Positions 9,814-19,819 of a DNA stretch of 64,000 bases are shown here, in pieces. Positions within the stretch are counted from its first letter, which is position 1. Every line of letters begins with the position of its first letter. The stretch comes from an uncultured bacterium (GTDB lineage: Bacteria > JAGOEH01): NCBI GenBank assembly GCA_964632485.1, contig CAZWDO010000005.1, forward strand, positions 84,249 to 148,248, written 5' to 3'. Position numbers and translations under genes: made by a program. The notes beneath the pieces were generated by a model that was not told the DNA's origin, made no database searches, and worked only from the letters and a program-made list of their open reading frames with translations.

Positions 9814-10574
9814 TGGTTCATGGGATTGATCTGGGAAGCCGCCAGGTAAAACTGATCAGCCGTTGCGCTGAAACGGGTTCCATTCAGAGACGACTGAAAT
9901 TCCACACCCTTGAATTTTACCGCCAGTACAGCCGCCATCAGGGGAATCAATTAGAAATCGACCTCAATGCGCTGGGTATCGAAAACGGCCCGATCGTTTC
10001 GACGGGTTACGGCCGCTTTCATATCCAGGTGGCGCATGCAGAAAATATTCCCGAACTGCAAGCCCATGTTTATGGAGCGATTGAACAAAGCGGGTTTAAA
10101 GATTTTCTCCTGGTTGATCTGGGAGGACAGGATAGCAAGATCATCCAGGTGGAAAACCGCGCCATGGTCGATTTCGCAATGAATGATAAATGCGCGGCTT
10201 CGACCGGGCGATTTCTGGAAAATATGGCGCAGGCCCTACAGCTTAGTCTGGAGGAGCTATCGGAATGTTATGAAAATCCCTGCGTTATCTCCAGCACCTG
10301 CGCGGTTTTCAGTGAAACGGAAAGCCTGTCGTTACTTTTCAATGGAACGCCGATCCGTGAAATCGCCGCCGGAATTAATCTCGCTCTTTTCAAACGTCTG
10401 ATGCCTATGATCGGACGTTTCAAATTTCCTTACCTGCTTCTCAGCGGAGGAGCCGCTCAATCGAAAGCCTTACACTATTTTTTCCAGCAAAAATACCCAG
10501 TGCCGGTTGAACTCCTCCCTGATCCGATATTCAACGGGGCTATTGGCTGCTGCGCTTATTACAATCGATCATAA
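9810..10574 (+). CDS. Acyl-CoA dehydratase activase (HgdC/BcrAD ASKHA ATPase, archerase)
   Basis: GIDLGS, STGYGR, DLGGQDSK, MNDKCAASTGRFLE and STCAVFSE motifs; ATGA overlap with the preceding gene. Confidence 0.92.
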   Translation: MMVHGIDLGSRQVKLISRCAETGSIQRRLKFHTLEFYRQYSRHQGNQLEIDLNALGIENGPIVSTGYGRFHIQVAHAENIPELQAHVYGAIEQSGFKDFLLVDLGGQDSKIIQVENRAMVDFAMNDKCAASTGRFLENMAQALQLSLEELSECYENPCVISSTCAVFSETESLSLLFNGTPIREIAAGINLALFKRLMPMIGRFKFPYLLLSGGAAQSKALHYFFQQKYPVPVELLPDPIFNGAIGCCAYYNRS

Positions 10575-10587
10575 AAAAGGAGTGAAA

Positions 10588-13272
10588 ATGAAACAATATA
10601 TAATCATCTGGATTTGCCTGAGCGGTTTTTTCTTCCAAACCCTTTCCGGCAACGAAGTCCTGCTCGTACTGGGTTCCGATACCGGAATTTGGGAAGGATT
10701 GAACACCAACCATTATTTTTGCACCCTTAAAACGGGTTTGTACAGTGACCCGGCCCGAAATGGATATGGCGTGATGGCCCCATCTTTTCGCAACCGACTG
10801 CTTGACTTCTATGGCGTACCGATGAAACTAACCTGGTGGATGATGGCCGGCAATATGTTTCGCTACGCCACCAACTGCAATGTGCCTATCGCCAACAGCA
10901 TGCCATTTTATCTGATGCAACGCTATCATGGCGATGCGATCAAGCAATACGGCGATGAAATTTCACTGCATTATCATACTTTTTACTGGTCCGATTATGA
11001 TCAGGATGGGCAATGGTGGTGGAACCAGGCCCAAACATTCGATGAATCTAAGGAGGATTTCGATTTCACTTTAGCCCAGGTATTATTGGACGAGGGAATT
11101 TTCCCGGTTTCATTTCGTAGCGGATGGCATTATATGGACAACAGTTGGCAAAATTATTTAGAACAGATACTACTCTATTCCATGCACAACGATTATCCCA
11201 GCAAACGTACCAGTGATCCGGAACCGATTGATAATATTTATGACTGGTCCCAGGCGCCCCATACATTTCAACCCTATCATCCTTCGGCGGAAAACTACCA
11301 GGTCCCGGGCAATCTCAAAGGTTGGAACCTGCGTTCAGCTCATTTTAACACGGTTCGCAGCCGCAATATGATGGATACCCTCTTTGCCCAGGCTGCCCAG
11401 GGGAATCGTCAAATGGCGTGCTTCTGGGGCCATCTGCCTGAAACCGATTTTTTAGCCAATCTTGAAATCATGGACAGCTTAGCCCATCAAAAAAGCCGCG
11501 AGTTTGGCAATATTCCGTTTCGCTATTGCAGCGCCATTGAAGCAATGCAGCGTTGGCGCAACATTACGGACACAACTTCTCCCGAGCTGCAATTAACCGC
11601 TATTCCCACTGGAGATATCGCCACTATCCGTGTGACCACTAATGAACCCTTGTTTCAACCGCTTCCCTGGGTGGCAATGAAAGACCGAAAAAGCGGCTAC
11701 CACTGGCTAAAAATGACCCCTGTCAACGAGTACACCTGGGAAAGCGCGCCGCTGACGGTGGCGCAAATTGCCAAAATTGCTGTTGCCGCTTGCGATACGG
11801 CAGGGAATCTGACAACCCGATTTCTCTCATGGATCGGTGAAGATATTTTTATCGATGATGATGATCCGCAGTTCCAAGGTTCCGTCGGCAACTGGATCAC
11901 GCTTTCCGCGGATTATTGGGAACGAAACGCCCGTTATGCAACAGTGGGTGAGGATAGCGCTATCGCCACTTTTCAAACCACAATCCCAGCGAACGGGGCC
12001 TCGGCATTCTATTACCAGCGTCCCGATCTATCGCTCCCGGTGACAGAATACTGCTGGAGCCTGTCTCTCAACGGATTGGAGCAAAAACACCTTGTAGAAA
12101 GTTACCCGGATGCCAAAAAATGGCATTACCTGACAACTGTTTTAGCCCATGAGGGCGATCTACTCCAACTCCGCCTGGCTGCGGGTGGCGCGGAACAAAA
12201 TGGACGGCAAATCGGGGCGGATGTGATAAAAATTTCATCTTATGTTTGTGAACGCCATTTGGCGCTATCCAACGATTTGTTAATGATTGGCCCTCTATGC
12301 CAATCCGATACCGTCCATTATAAGTTGGTATTAGAAAATCGGGGCATTTTGCCATTATCCGTCTCGGGAATTAGCAGTCAAAACAATCAATTCACACTGG
12401 ACCATCCATTTCCGATTGAAATTGACGGCGCGGAATCAACAGAAATCAGCCTTTCCGTTAATACCGCTCAAACCGGAATATTCACAGACACGCTCATTAT
12501 TCTCAGCAATGACGATCTAACGCCCATCCAGCAAATCCCATGTGAAATCATTGTCGAACCCTATTTTTCCATTGTTGACAATGCGGATACTGAAAATTAT
12601 CAGGAAACCGGACAATGGGCAACCAGCAATTCCACAGCCTATGGCGTCAGCAGCCGCTACGCCTTTCTGGGGCAGAATCCCCGCGCCTCGGTGGAATTCC
12701 ACACTCAATTGCGGCAAAGCGGCACATATCGGATTCTGTATATATTGCCCACCACAGTCAATGCCGCCACTCACGCTGAATATACGTTATTTATAAACCA
12801 AACGCCCGTCGATACGCTCATTATCGATCAAAATGCCGGCAGTGGAAGCTGGCTGATGTTAGGTGAATGGAATCTGCCGGCGAACCAGCCGATCACCTTA
12901 CGCATCCGAGACAGCGGACTCTCCACCGGAGGATTAGTTTTGCGAGCGGACGCCATCAAATTTTCTTCGGATTTAAGTGTGTATATGGATGAAACCCATC
13001 CATCTTCAGCCCAGCCTTTCACAGTCTCCTTCTTTCCTAACCCTTTCAGTGAAACATTGCATGCTAAAATTATTTCCAATAAATCAGAATCTTTAAAAAT
13101 TGAAATCTATAACATCCTGGGACGGATTGTCTATTCAAAATCCTGCCAAATTTCACAATCGGTGGTTCAAGAATGGTCATGGACACCGGACAGACTATCC
13201 AACGGACTTTATTTTTGCAGAATTTCCAATGGAAAAGAAAGCTGTATCCGCAAAATTTGCCTTATTCGCTGA
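10588..13272 (+). CDS. Large secreted protein: deacetylase-like N-terminal domain, golvesin/Xly-CBD-like and Ig-like domains, T9SS/Por-type C-terminal sorting domain
   Basis: Signal peptide; EISLHYH and PVSFRSGW; IVDNAD...ADAIKF modules; CTD FPNPF...IYNILGR...SNGLYFCRI...RKICLIR. Confidence 0.75.
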   Translation: MKQYIIIWICLSGFFFQTLSGNEVLLVLGSDTGIWEGLNTNHYFCTLKTGLYSDPARNGYGVMAPSFRNRLLDFYGVPMKLTWWMMAGNMFRYATNCNVPIANSMPFYLMQRYHGDAIKQYGDEISLHYHTFYWSDYDQDGQWWWNQAQTFDESKEDFDFTLAQVLLDEGIFPVSFRSGWHYMDNSWQNYLEQILLYSMHNDYPSKRTSDPEPIDNIYDWSQAPHTFQPYHPSAENYQVPGNLKGWNLRSAHFNTVRSRNMMDTLFAQAAQGNRQMACFWGHLPETDFLANLEIMDSLAHQKSREFGNIPFRYCSAIEAMQRWRNITDTTSPELQLTAIPTGDIATIRVTTNEPLFQPLPWVAMKDRKSGYHWLKMTPVNEYTWESAPLTVAQIAKIAVAACDTAGNLTTRFLSWIGEDIFIDDDDPQFQGSVGNWITLSADYWERNARYATVGEDSAIATFQTTIPANGASAFYYQRPDLSLPVTEYCWSLSLNGLEQKHLVESYPDAKKWHYLTTVLAHEGDLLQLRLAAGGAEQNGRQIGADVIKISSYVCERHLALSNDLLMIGPLCQSDTVHYKLVLENRGILPLSVSGISSQNNQFTLDHPFPIEIDGAESTEISLSVNTAQTGIFTDTLIILSNDDLTPIQQIPCEIIVEPYFSIVDNADTENYQETGQWATSNSTAYGVSSRYAFLGQNPRASVEFHTQLRQSGTYRILYILPTTVNAATHAEYTLFINQTPVDTLIIDQNAGSGSWLMLGEWNLPANQPITLRIRDSGLSTGGLVLRADAIKFSSDLSVYMDETHPSSAQPFTVSFFPNPFSETLHAKIISNKSESLKIEIYNILGRIVYSKSCQISQSVVQEWSWTPDRLSNGLYFCRISNGKESCIRKICLIR

Positions 13273-13295
13273 ATTAGATTATACAAAGGATTAAA
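13229..13295 (+). repeat. Direct repeat copy 1 (attL-like), 67 bp
   Basis: atggaaaagaaagctgtatccgcaaaatttgccttattcgctgaattagattatacaaaggattaaa; 64/67 identical to 53957-54023. Confidence 0.95.
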
Positions 13296-13434
13296 AGAGT
13301 GGAATCTTTGTCGGAGTACACTTTATCTCACAATCGAAGAGGCAATATAAGATTTTTCAGGCGATGTTTGGAATTGAGTGGATCGAAGTAATTTATTATC
13401 CGGATGGAGAAAATAAATATTGGCTTTGAGTTAA

Positions 13435-13566
13435 CCAGTATATAAAGATATGCCCAAATCGTTTACCAAAGGAATGAACCAAGAGTATAGTTGAGCTGAA
13501 ATCATTTTTAATCGTTTCTATATCATACAGATTCTCCATCGGACTGTCGATGAAGTCCGCCGAACC
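13435..13566 (+). pseudogene. ISL3-family transposase remnant
   Basis: Manual translation PVYKDMPKSFTKGMNQEYS*AEIIFNRFYIIQILHRTVDEVRRT follows the ISL3 pattern DMSxAF...AxIxFDRFH...AVDEVRR; internal TGA at 13492. Confidence 0.7.
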
Positions 13567-13663
13567 GTATACCGGCACGAATCCATAACCTCAATCCCCA
13601 CAATCTACCACTTAAATTGCCAAAGAGCTTTAAATTTATTTCCATAATTATTTAGTTTTTCAC

Positions 13664-13692
13664 TTGACAGTTGTCCCGATTTATCTTATATT
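13664..13692 (+). promoter_or_regulatory. sigma70-type promoter
   Basis: TTGACA-17bp-TATATT. Confidence 0.55.
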
Positions 13693-13736
13693 CTTGGAAG
13701 CGTCATTTTTAAATTATTCTATTAATTAAACTGATT

Positions 13737-14645
13737 ATGCAAGAAATAATGACAGATGAAATCAGCAAAATTGCTCTGGCTTGTTATGGAAAGACGCCGG
13801 GGATTTCTCGTTTTTACAGCGTGAACAATAGCGTATTTCTACTTAAATATGATAATGAAGATAAAGTTCTTAAAATTGAGCGCGATGGTGATTTACAATG
13901 GAAAATAAAGAATGAAATTGCAATGATTGCTCTTGCGCAGCAACAAGGCCTTCCAGTTCCCGTTATCGAACATATTGGCACTGATGGCAACATCATCCCA
14001 AATCACTGGTACATCATGAAACGTGCGGGATCATTGAATCTTCATGGTTGCTTTTTACATAAAAATGACAAAAATACCAGGGAGTTATACAGTGAATTCG
14101 GGAGGATTCTCGGTCGCATTCATCAGGTTACTTTACAACGCCAGGGTTACCTAAAAGCAGACCGCATCAATGAGTTTATTTTTGGAGAAGTTATTAATAA
14201 AAGGTTCGAACGATGCATTAGAAAACTTAGCGGACAATTGGCTAATAAAGAGATTCACAAGTTAACTAATATAATCGGAAGTTTCAAAGAGAGTAAACAA
14301 ACAAGATTGTGCCATAAAGATTTTGGACCATGGCATGCGATTATAGATAAGAATAAAATTGTCGCAATCATCGACTGGGAATTTGCCGAGGGTTCAGACG
14401 AAATTTATGATTTTGTTAAGTCTGAATTATTTCTATATATTTATTCTGGAAATCTTGAAGAGTTTAGAGAAGGATACTGTGAAATTCAGCCATTACCTCC
14501 TGATTTTGAATCGGTTGCTATGCCTTATCGAGTAATCGAAACCTTGAATTTGATGACATTTGTAAAAAATAATCAAAACTTGTTTTTTAAAATCAAGAAA
14601 GTCCTGGATAGCATCATCACCAGTAATGGGTTAGTTTGGAGATAA
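13737..14645 (+). CDS. Aminoglycoside phosphotransferase/choline kinase-like (APH family) protein
   Basis: VLKI lysine, LCHKDFGPWH (Brenner motif variant) and IIDWE. Confidence 0.8.
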   Translation: MQEIMTDEISKIALACYGKTPGISRFYSVNNSVFLLKYDNEDKVLKIERDGDLQWKIKNEIAMIALAQQQGLPVPVIEHIGTDGNIIPNHWYIMKRAGSLNLHGCFLHKNDKNTRELYSEFGRILGRIHQVTLQRQGYLKADRINEFIFGEVINKRFERCIRKLSGQLANKEIHKLTNIIGSFKESKQTRLCHKDFGPWHAIIDKNKIVAIIDWEFAEGSDEIYDFVKSELFLYIYSGNLEEFREGYCEIQPLPPDFESVAMPYRVIETLNLMTFVKNNQNLFFKIKKVLDSIITSNGLVWR

Positions 14646-14727
14646 TGATTAAATAATTAATGTTTTGTTTCAGATAAAAATAGAGAGTCGTGCTGAATTC
14701 ACTATAGACTGGGAAGAAGCTTCTTGC

Positions 14728-14832
14728 CTGGGGCTGTTCCAAACCAGGGGTAAGGCGGGGAACAGCCCCAGACGCCGCGCAAATCGCCCCTTCAATGGCA
14801 TGAGGGAGAAAACTTTTTTAGTTTTCTCCCTC
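14728..14832. repeat. Two perfect 13-bp inverted repeats
   Basis: ctggggctgttcc (14728-14740) / ggaacagccccag (14759-14771); gagggagaaaact (14802-14814) / agttttctccctc (14820-14832). Confidence 0.8.
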
Positions 14833-14878
14833 CAGAATGTATCTTCATGTATCAATTAGACCATAGAAAGGATGCTGT

Positions 14879-15043
14879 ATGGAGATTAAACGATACACTC
14901 CAGAAAAGAAGGCTCAAATTAACCGGGAAATCATACTTGAACATAAATCGGTCAGCCATGTAGCTATAGAATTCAATAGTACTCCAGCTACTATCTATAA
15001 GTGGCAGAAAACATTAATGGAAAAAGCAGTCGATCTATTCTGA
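14879..15043 (+). pseudogene. IS3-family transposase OrfA fragment (HTH), OrfB absent
   Basis: MEIKRYTPEKKAQINREIILEHKSVSHVAIEFNSTPATIYKWQKTLMEKAVDLF*, typical of the IS3 OrfA HTH. Confidence 0.7.
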
Positions 15044-15081
15044 ATAAATGACACTGAAGGACACCAATACTATAGGATAAT

Positions 15082-15951
15082 ATGGAACCCAAAATATCAA
15101 TTATAACTCCATCATTAAATTCAGCAAAATATATTGAAAACGCAATAAAAAGTGTTCTTGAACAAAATTATCAAAATATAGAGCATATTATTATGGATGG
15201 CGGATCCTCGGATGGTACACTTAGAATATTAAAGAAATACTCTCACCTTAAGTGGGTATCTGAAGCTGATTCTGGACAATCTAATGCAATGAATAAAGGA
15301 TTTTTAATTTCGACAGGAGAAATAATCGGTTATTTAAATTCAGATGATTATTATTTACCAGGCGCCTTTTCAGCCATTTTGCCATACTTTGAAAATAAAG
15401 AAAAATTTGTTGTTGGAAACATCAAAGTTGTAATGGATGATGGATCATTTTGGATCAATAATGCTCGCATAGGACATGAAGATATGTTAAAACACTGGGA
15501 ACCTGAAGCATTTTGTGTCAATTCTGTTGGATATTTTTACCATCGAGAAGTTCAGGAAAAAGTCGGAGGATTTAATGAATGCAATCATTTTGCTATGGAT
15601 TTAGAATTTTTATTATCAGCATCGAAGTATTTTAAATTTCATAAAATTGATTCATTATTAGGAGTATTTCGTTATATCACAGGTACAGTTACAAGCCAAA
15701 GTCAGAAATCAGAAAATGTTTGGACAAAAAAAAACTTTCAATTTATTGATCGCTTTTTGAATGGAATGCCTGAGGATTTTATAATTGATTTTGAAAAAAA
15801 GCGAGAACAAGGTTACTTATTACGAAAAAATTGGCAAGCCCATGAAAAAAACAAAGAAAAGAATTATCAAAAAAGATTCAACGGGAAAACAAAATGTAGT
15901 TGGATACGCTATGTAATTGAAAAAGCGAAAAAATTAAAAATATTATCTTGA
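15082..15951 (+). CDS. Glycosyltransferase family 2
   Basis: ISIITPSLN, DGGSSDGT and YLNSDD motifs. Confidence 0.92.
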   Translation: MEPKISIITPSLNSAKYIENAIKSVLEQNYQNIEHIIMDGGSSDGTLRILKKYSHLKWVSEADSGQSNAMNKGFLISTGEIIGYLNSDDYYLPGAFSAILPYFENKEKFVVGNIKVVMDDGSFWINNARIGHEDMLKHWEPEAFCVNSVGYFYHREVQEKVGGFNECNHFAMDLEFLLSASKYFKFHKIDSLLGVFRYITGTVTSQSQKSENVWTKKNFQFIDRFLNGMPEDFIIDFEKKREQGYLLRKNWQAHEKNKEKNYQKRFNGKTKCSWIRYVIEKAKKLKILS

Positions 15952-17447
15952 ATATAAAGGAGTTCAAAACCTGGATGACGAACGGTGTAAGTATCACAAT
16001 TTGTACACATAATGGAGAGAAATTATTGCCATCGACAATTGATAATCTTAATCAACTCGCGGTAGATAAACAAATTCCATGGGAAGTAATCATTATTGAT
16101 AATAATTCCACTGATAAATCCGCAGAAATCGCTATGGGGTGCTGGAAAAGAACGGAATCTTTCAGAATTATCAAAGAACCCGAACTGGGATTAATTCATG
16201 CCAGAATTCGAGGGATACGGGAATCGCGTTATGAATATATTTCATTTATTGATGATGATAATTGGATATCGCCAGATTGGGTAAACATAGTTCATGATAT
16301 TTTTCAAAACCATCCAGAGGTTGGCATTTGTGGTGGTGATATTGATCCCGAATTTGAAACTCCCCCCCCTAGTTGGTTTGATGCGTATAAAAACAACTAT
16401 GCGGTGGGTGTTCAAGGCAATGAATCGGGTGATGTTACAGAATCGCGTGGTTTTGTTTGGGGGGCTGGTATCAGTATAAGAAAATCTCCTGTAGAAAATC
16501 TTTTTAAAGATGGTTTTATTTTTAGTTTAATTGGCAGGAAAGGTAATAAACTAATGGCTGGAGAAGATACCGAATTATGTTATGCACTTCGAATCAAAGG
16601 TTGGCGAATTTGGTATGATAAACGACTACGGCTTCGCCATTATATCCCTGAAAAAAGGTTAGAGTGGGATTACCTTTGCGGCATGTACCATGGATTCGGT
16701 GCATCTCATGCTATTTTAGATATCTATCAACAAGTCCAAATGAATCGATTTCATCAACCTGAGCATTATATAAAAACTTTTTTAAAAAAATTTATTCTAC
16801 TTATGAGTCGAAAAAAGTATTTTTTCTCCAGGAAAAACTCTGATGGAAATGTTGAGAGATTACAATTTGAGTTTTATCGGTCATATCTATATCATTTAAT
16901 ACGCATAATTTTTATTTATAAAACAATATATTCTAAAATTCATGCGCTTATTCCAATTCAAGATTTTATGGAACAGAATATTTATAAATTTGGACAGGAG
17001 ATTATTTTTGATAAATCCGCCTCAAAATACTTAGTGGAAGGTTGGAGCCAACCCGATAGTTGGATATCACCTGATGGTTTTAAAAAAATCCATTATACCA
17101 GAGCATTAGGAAAAAAAGCCACGATAATTTTTTCATTAAATGAGATTCCCAACGCTTCATTGTTCTTATTAAATCTTGAATTTATTATTGTTTATATTCA
17201 TCCACAAAAATTAAAAAAGCAACGAATTAAAATATATCTAAACAATAAAAAAATTGCCGATTGGATATTTACTGAAAGAGGCTACCATAAAAAAACAGCA
17301 ATAATTCCATCGTCGCTTCTAAAGAAATTCCCTACAGCTATTTTTTTGTTTAAACTTCCAAACGCCGCATCACCAGAATCATTGGGAGATATTCCTGAAA
17401 AAAGGGTGTTATCAATTAGCTTATGCACTCTCCAGATTACGTGTTAA
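15948..17447 (+). CDS. Glycosyltransferase family 2 with a C-terminal beta-rich extension
   Basis: ITICTHN, DNNSTD, FIDDD and GEDTEL motifs; C-terminal GWSQPD-type domain. Confidence 0.88.
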   Translation: MNIKEFKTWMTNGVSITICTHNGEKLLPSTIDNLNQLAVDKQIPWEVIIIDNNSTDKSAEIAMGCWKRTESFRIIKEPELGLIHARIRGIRESRYEYISFIDDDNWISPDWVNIVHDIFQNHPEVGICGGDIDPEFETPPPSWFDAYKNNYAVGVQGNESGDVTESRGFVWGAGISIRKSPVENLFKDGFIFSLIGRKGNKLMAGEDTELCYALRIKGWRIWYDKRLRLRHYIPEKRLEWDYLCGMYHGFGASHAILDIYQQVQMNRFHQPEHYIKTFLKKFILLMSRKKYFFSRKNSDGNVERLQFEFYRSYLYHLIRIIFIYKTIYSKIHALIPIQDFMEQNIYKFGQEIIFDKSASKYLVEGWSQPDSWISPDGFKKIHYTRALGKKATIIFSLNEIPNASLFLLNLEFIIVYIHPQKLKKQRIKIYLNNKKIADWIFTERGYHKKTAIIPSSLLKKFPTAIFLFKLPNAASPESLGDIPEKRVLSISLCTLQITC

Positions 17448-17457
17448 AGGAAAAAAT

Positions 17458-18435
17458 ATGAAAATATCGATTGTTACTCCCTGTTATAATGCAGAACAAT
17501 TTATTGCTAATACTATTGAAAGTATCATTTTTCAAAAGGGAGATTTTGAAATTGAATACATCATTATTGACGGTTCATCTAAAGATAGAACAATTGAAAT
17601 CGCTGAACAATACCAGAAAAAAATAAACAAAAAAGAAACCCCTTATTATTGTAAAAATGCTTCAATAAAGCTTGTTTCAGAAAAAGATAAAGGAATGTAT
17701 GATGCTTTAGTTAAAGGTTTTAAAATGGCTACAGGGGAAGTGATTGCGTATCTTAATGCAGATGATTTCTACAAACAAAATGCCTTTAGTGTAATTTATG
17801 ATTTATTTAAAAATCTACCTAACCTGATGTGGCTGACAGGAATTCCTACTTTTTATAATGAAAATGGAATTATTATTGAATGTGACTGGCCATTCATTTA
17901 CGACAATGATTTCATTCGAAAAGGATTATATAATAACAAAGCCCTACCTTATCTTCAGCAGGAATCAATTTTTTTCAGAACACCCACTCTTGACTGTATT
18001 GACTTTGATCAATTAAAGAAAATCAACTATGCTGGAGATTATTATTTATGGACTGGTTTTTCAAAAAAATATCCACTTTTTATCATTTCTGCAATTCTCT
18101 CCGGCTATCGGATGCACTCGAAAAATTTAATGCTATCATACGGAAATTCATATAATGAGGAAATGAAATCCATTCAAGATAAACCTATTTTATCAGAGAA
18201 TGAATATGATTATCTTTTATTTCTACATTATACCTGGTGGAGAGAAAGCAAATTGGCAAAAGAAACCAATAATAACAGATATATAATATGGAATACTACG
18301 AAACGACATTGGAAAACAGATCATTTAGTATATAGTATAGACTATAAAATACAAAAACTCAGTAGCTATATTGAATTTATGAGTGGAAAACCATCGGATT
18401 ATGCAAAGGAATATGCTATAAAATACTTATTATGA
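17458..18435 (+). CDS. Glycosyltransferase family 2
   Basis: ISIVTPCYN, DKGMYDAL and YLNADD motifs. Confidence 0.9.
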   Translation: MKISIVTPCYNAEQFIANTIESIIFQKGDFEIEYIIIDGSSKDRTIEIAEQYQKKINKKETPYYCKNASIKLVSEKDKGMYDALVKGFKMATGEVIAYLNADDFYKQNAFSVIYDLFKNLPNLMWLTGIPTFYNENGIIIECDWPFIYDNDFIRKGLYNNKALPYLQQESIFFRTPTLDCIDFDQLKKINYAGDYYLWTGFSKKYPLFIISAILSGYRMHSKNLMLSYGNSYNEEMKSIQDKPILSENEYDYLLFLHYTWWRESKLAKETNNNRYIIWNTTKRHWKTDHLVYSIDYKIQKLSSYIEFMSGKPSDYAKEYAIKYLL

Positions 18436-18584
18436 AATTATTAAAGTTTTTTAAATCAAAATCGAGTATGACAGATGTAATATTAGTTTCAAAATTTGAA
18501 AATCCCAAAAATCGAACTGTTTTTGACACTATAGATAAAACATTAAATCCAATTGGAGATGATTATCCAAATCCAATTTTCTAA
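18432..18584 (+). CDS. Possible 50-aa small ORF
   Basis: ATGA overlap with the upstream stop; fills the gap before the FkbM gene; no recognisable motif. Confidence 0.3.
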   Translation: MKLLKFFKSKSSMTDVILVSKFENPKNRTVFDTIDKTLNPIGDDYPNPIF

Positions 18585-18609
18585 CATATTCTAATTAATC
18601 GGAGATAAT

Positions 18610-19803
18610 ATGGATTCAAAATTAATTTATGATGTAGGCATGCATATTGGTCAAGATTCTGAATTTTATTTAAAAAAGGGTTTTGATGTAATAGCAATAG
18701 AAGCAAATCCAAAACTTGTCGAAGAACAAAAAGTAAGATTTTCCAAATATATTGAAAATGGACGGTTGAAAATTATTAATGTTGGTATTGGACAAAAAAA
18801 AGGAAAATGCACCTTCTATGTGAATGATTATTTAAGTGAATGGAGTTCCTTCGACAAAACAATTGGAACCAGGGAAGGAAAATTCCATGAAATCGAAGTA
18901 ACAATGGTTCCTTTGGAAGATGTATTGCGTGAACATGGTATTCCATACTATTTAAAAATCGATATCGAAGGATATGACTTCATTGCTCTCCAATCAATCC
19001 AATTCATACCCGATAAACCTCGCTATATTTCGGTCGAAAACGGGCAGAAGCCATTCCTGGATTTTTTATATTCCGAAGGTTATACCCATTTCAAATTCAT
19101 TAATCAACAAAAAGTTCCTAATCAAATCGTTAAATACCCTCCATTGGAAGGAGTTTTTTCACAGCATATTTTCCCTCATGGCGCCAGTGGATTATTTGGA
19201 GAAGAAACTCCTGGCGAATGGCTTGATTATGATAATGTTTTAGCTCTTATCAGTTCCTATTGGGGAAATCCTAATCGTGATGCAAATATTCATGGTTGGT
19301 TTGATCTTCACGCAAAAAGAGAGTGTAACAATTCTTTTTATTTATTTAACAGATCTTCAGATAATAAAGACTCCTTTTCATCAATTCCCAGAAGTATTCG
19401 AATCTCAAGTTTTTCAGATGATAAAGAATGGAAAAACGGTATTTATCTCAAAGATACTCATATTTTTTTTATCATAATAGCCAAGGAAGATAAATCACCC
19501 ATTGAAAAAGGGAATATTCTAAGATTTAATAACGCAAATAATTCGGTAGTAATAAAAGTATTTCGAGTGGAAAACGCATGCAATTCCAGTATTTTTATTA
19601 CAGTTGATAAGCATCTCGATCCAGAAAAAGATGGAAGTCCTAATCAGGTCCTATTTATTGACCATCAAGAAAAGAATTTGAAAACAATATTAAAACAATT
19701 TAGTTTTGCAAATCTAATGAAACAGCTTGAAATTTTGAAAAAAATGAAGCTCAATTTTTTTATTAAAATTCAACGTATATTATCCAAAATTTTTAATAGA
19801 TAG
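18610..19803 (+). CDS. FkbM family methyltransferase
   Basis: IYDVGMHIGQD, AIEANP and LKIDIEGYD motifs. Confidence 0.88.
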   Translation: MDSKLIYDVGMHIGQDSEFYLKKGFDVIAIEANPKLVEEQKVRFSKYIENGRLKIINVGIGQKKGKCTFYVNDYLSEWSSFDKTIGTREGKFHEIEVTMVPLEDVLREHGIPYYLKIDIEGYDFIALQSIQFIPDKPRYISVENGQKPFLDFLYSEGYTHFKFINQQKVPNQIVKYPPLEGVFSQHIFPHGASGLFGEETPGEWLDYDNVLALISSYWGNPNRDANIHGWFDLHAKRECNNSFYLFNRSSDNKDSFSSIPRSIRISSFSDDKEWKNGIYLKDTHIFFIIIAKEDKSPIEKGNILRFNNANNSVVIKVFRVENACNSSIFITVDKHLDPEKDGSPNQVLFIDHQEKNLKTILKQFSFANLMKQLEILKKMKLNFFIKIQRILSKIFNR

Positions 19804-19819
19804 TTTCCTTATATTTACA

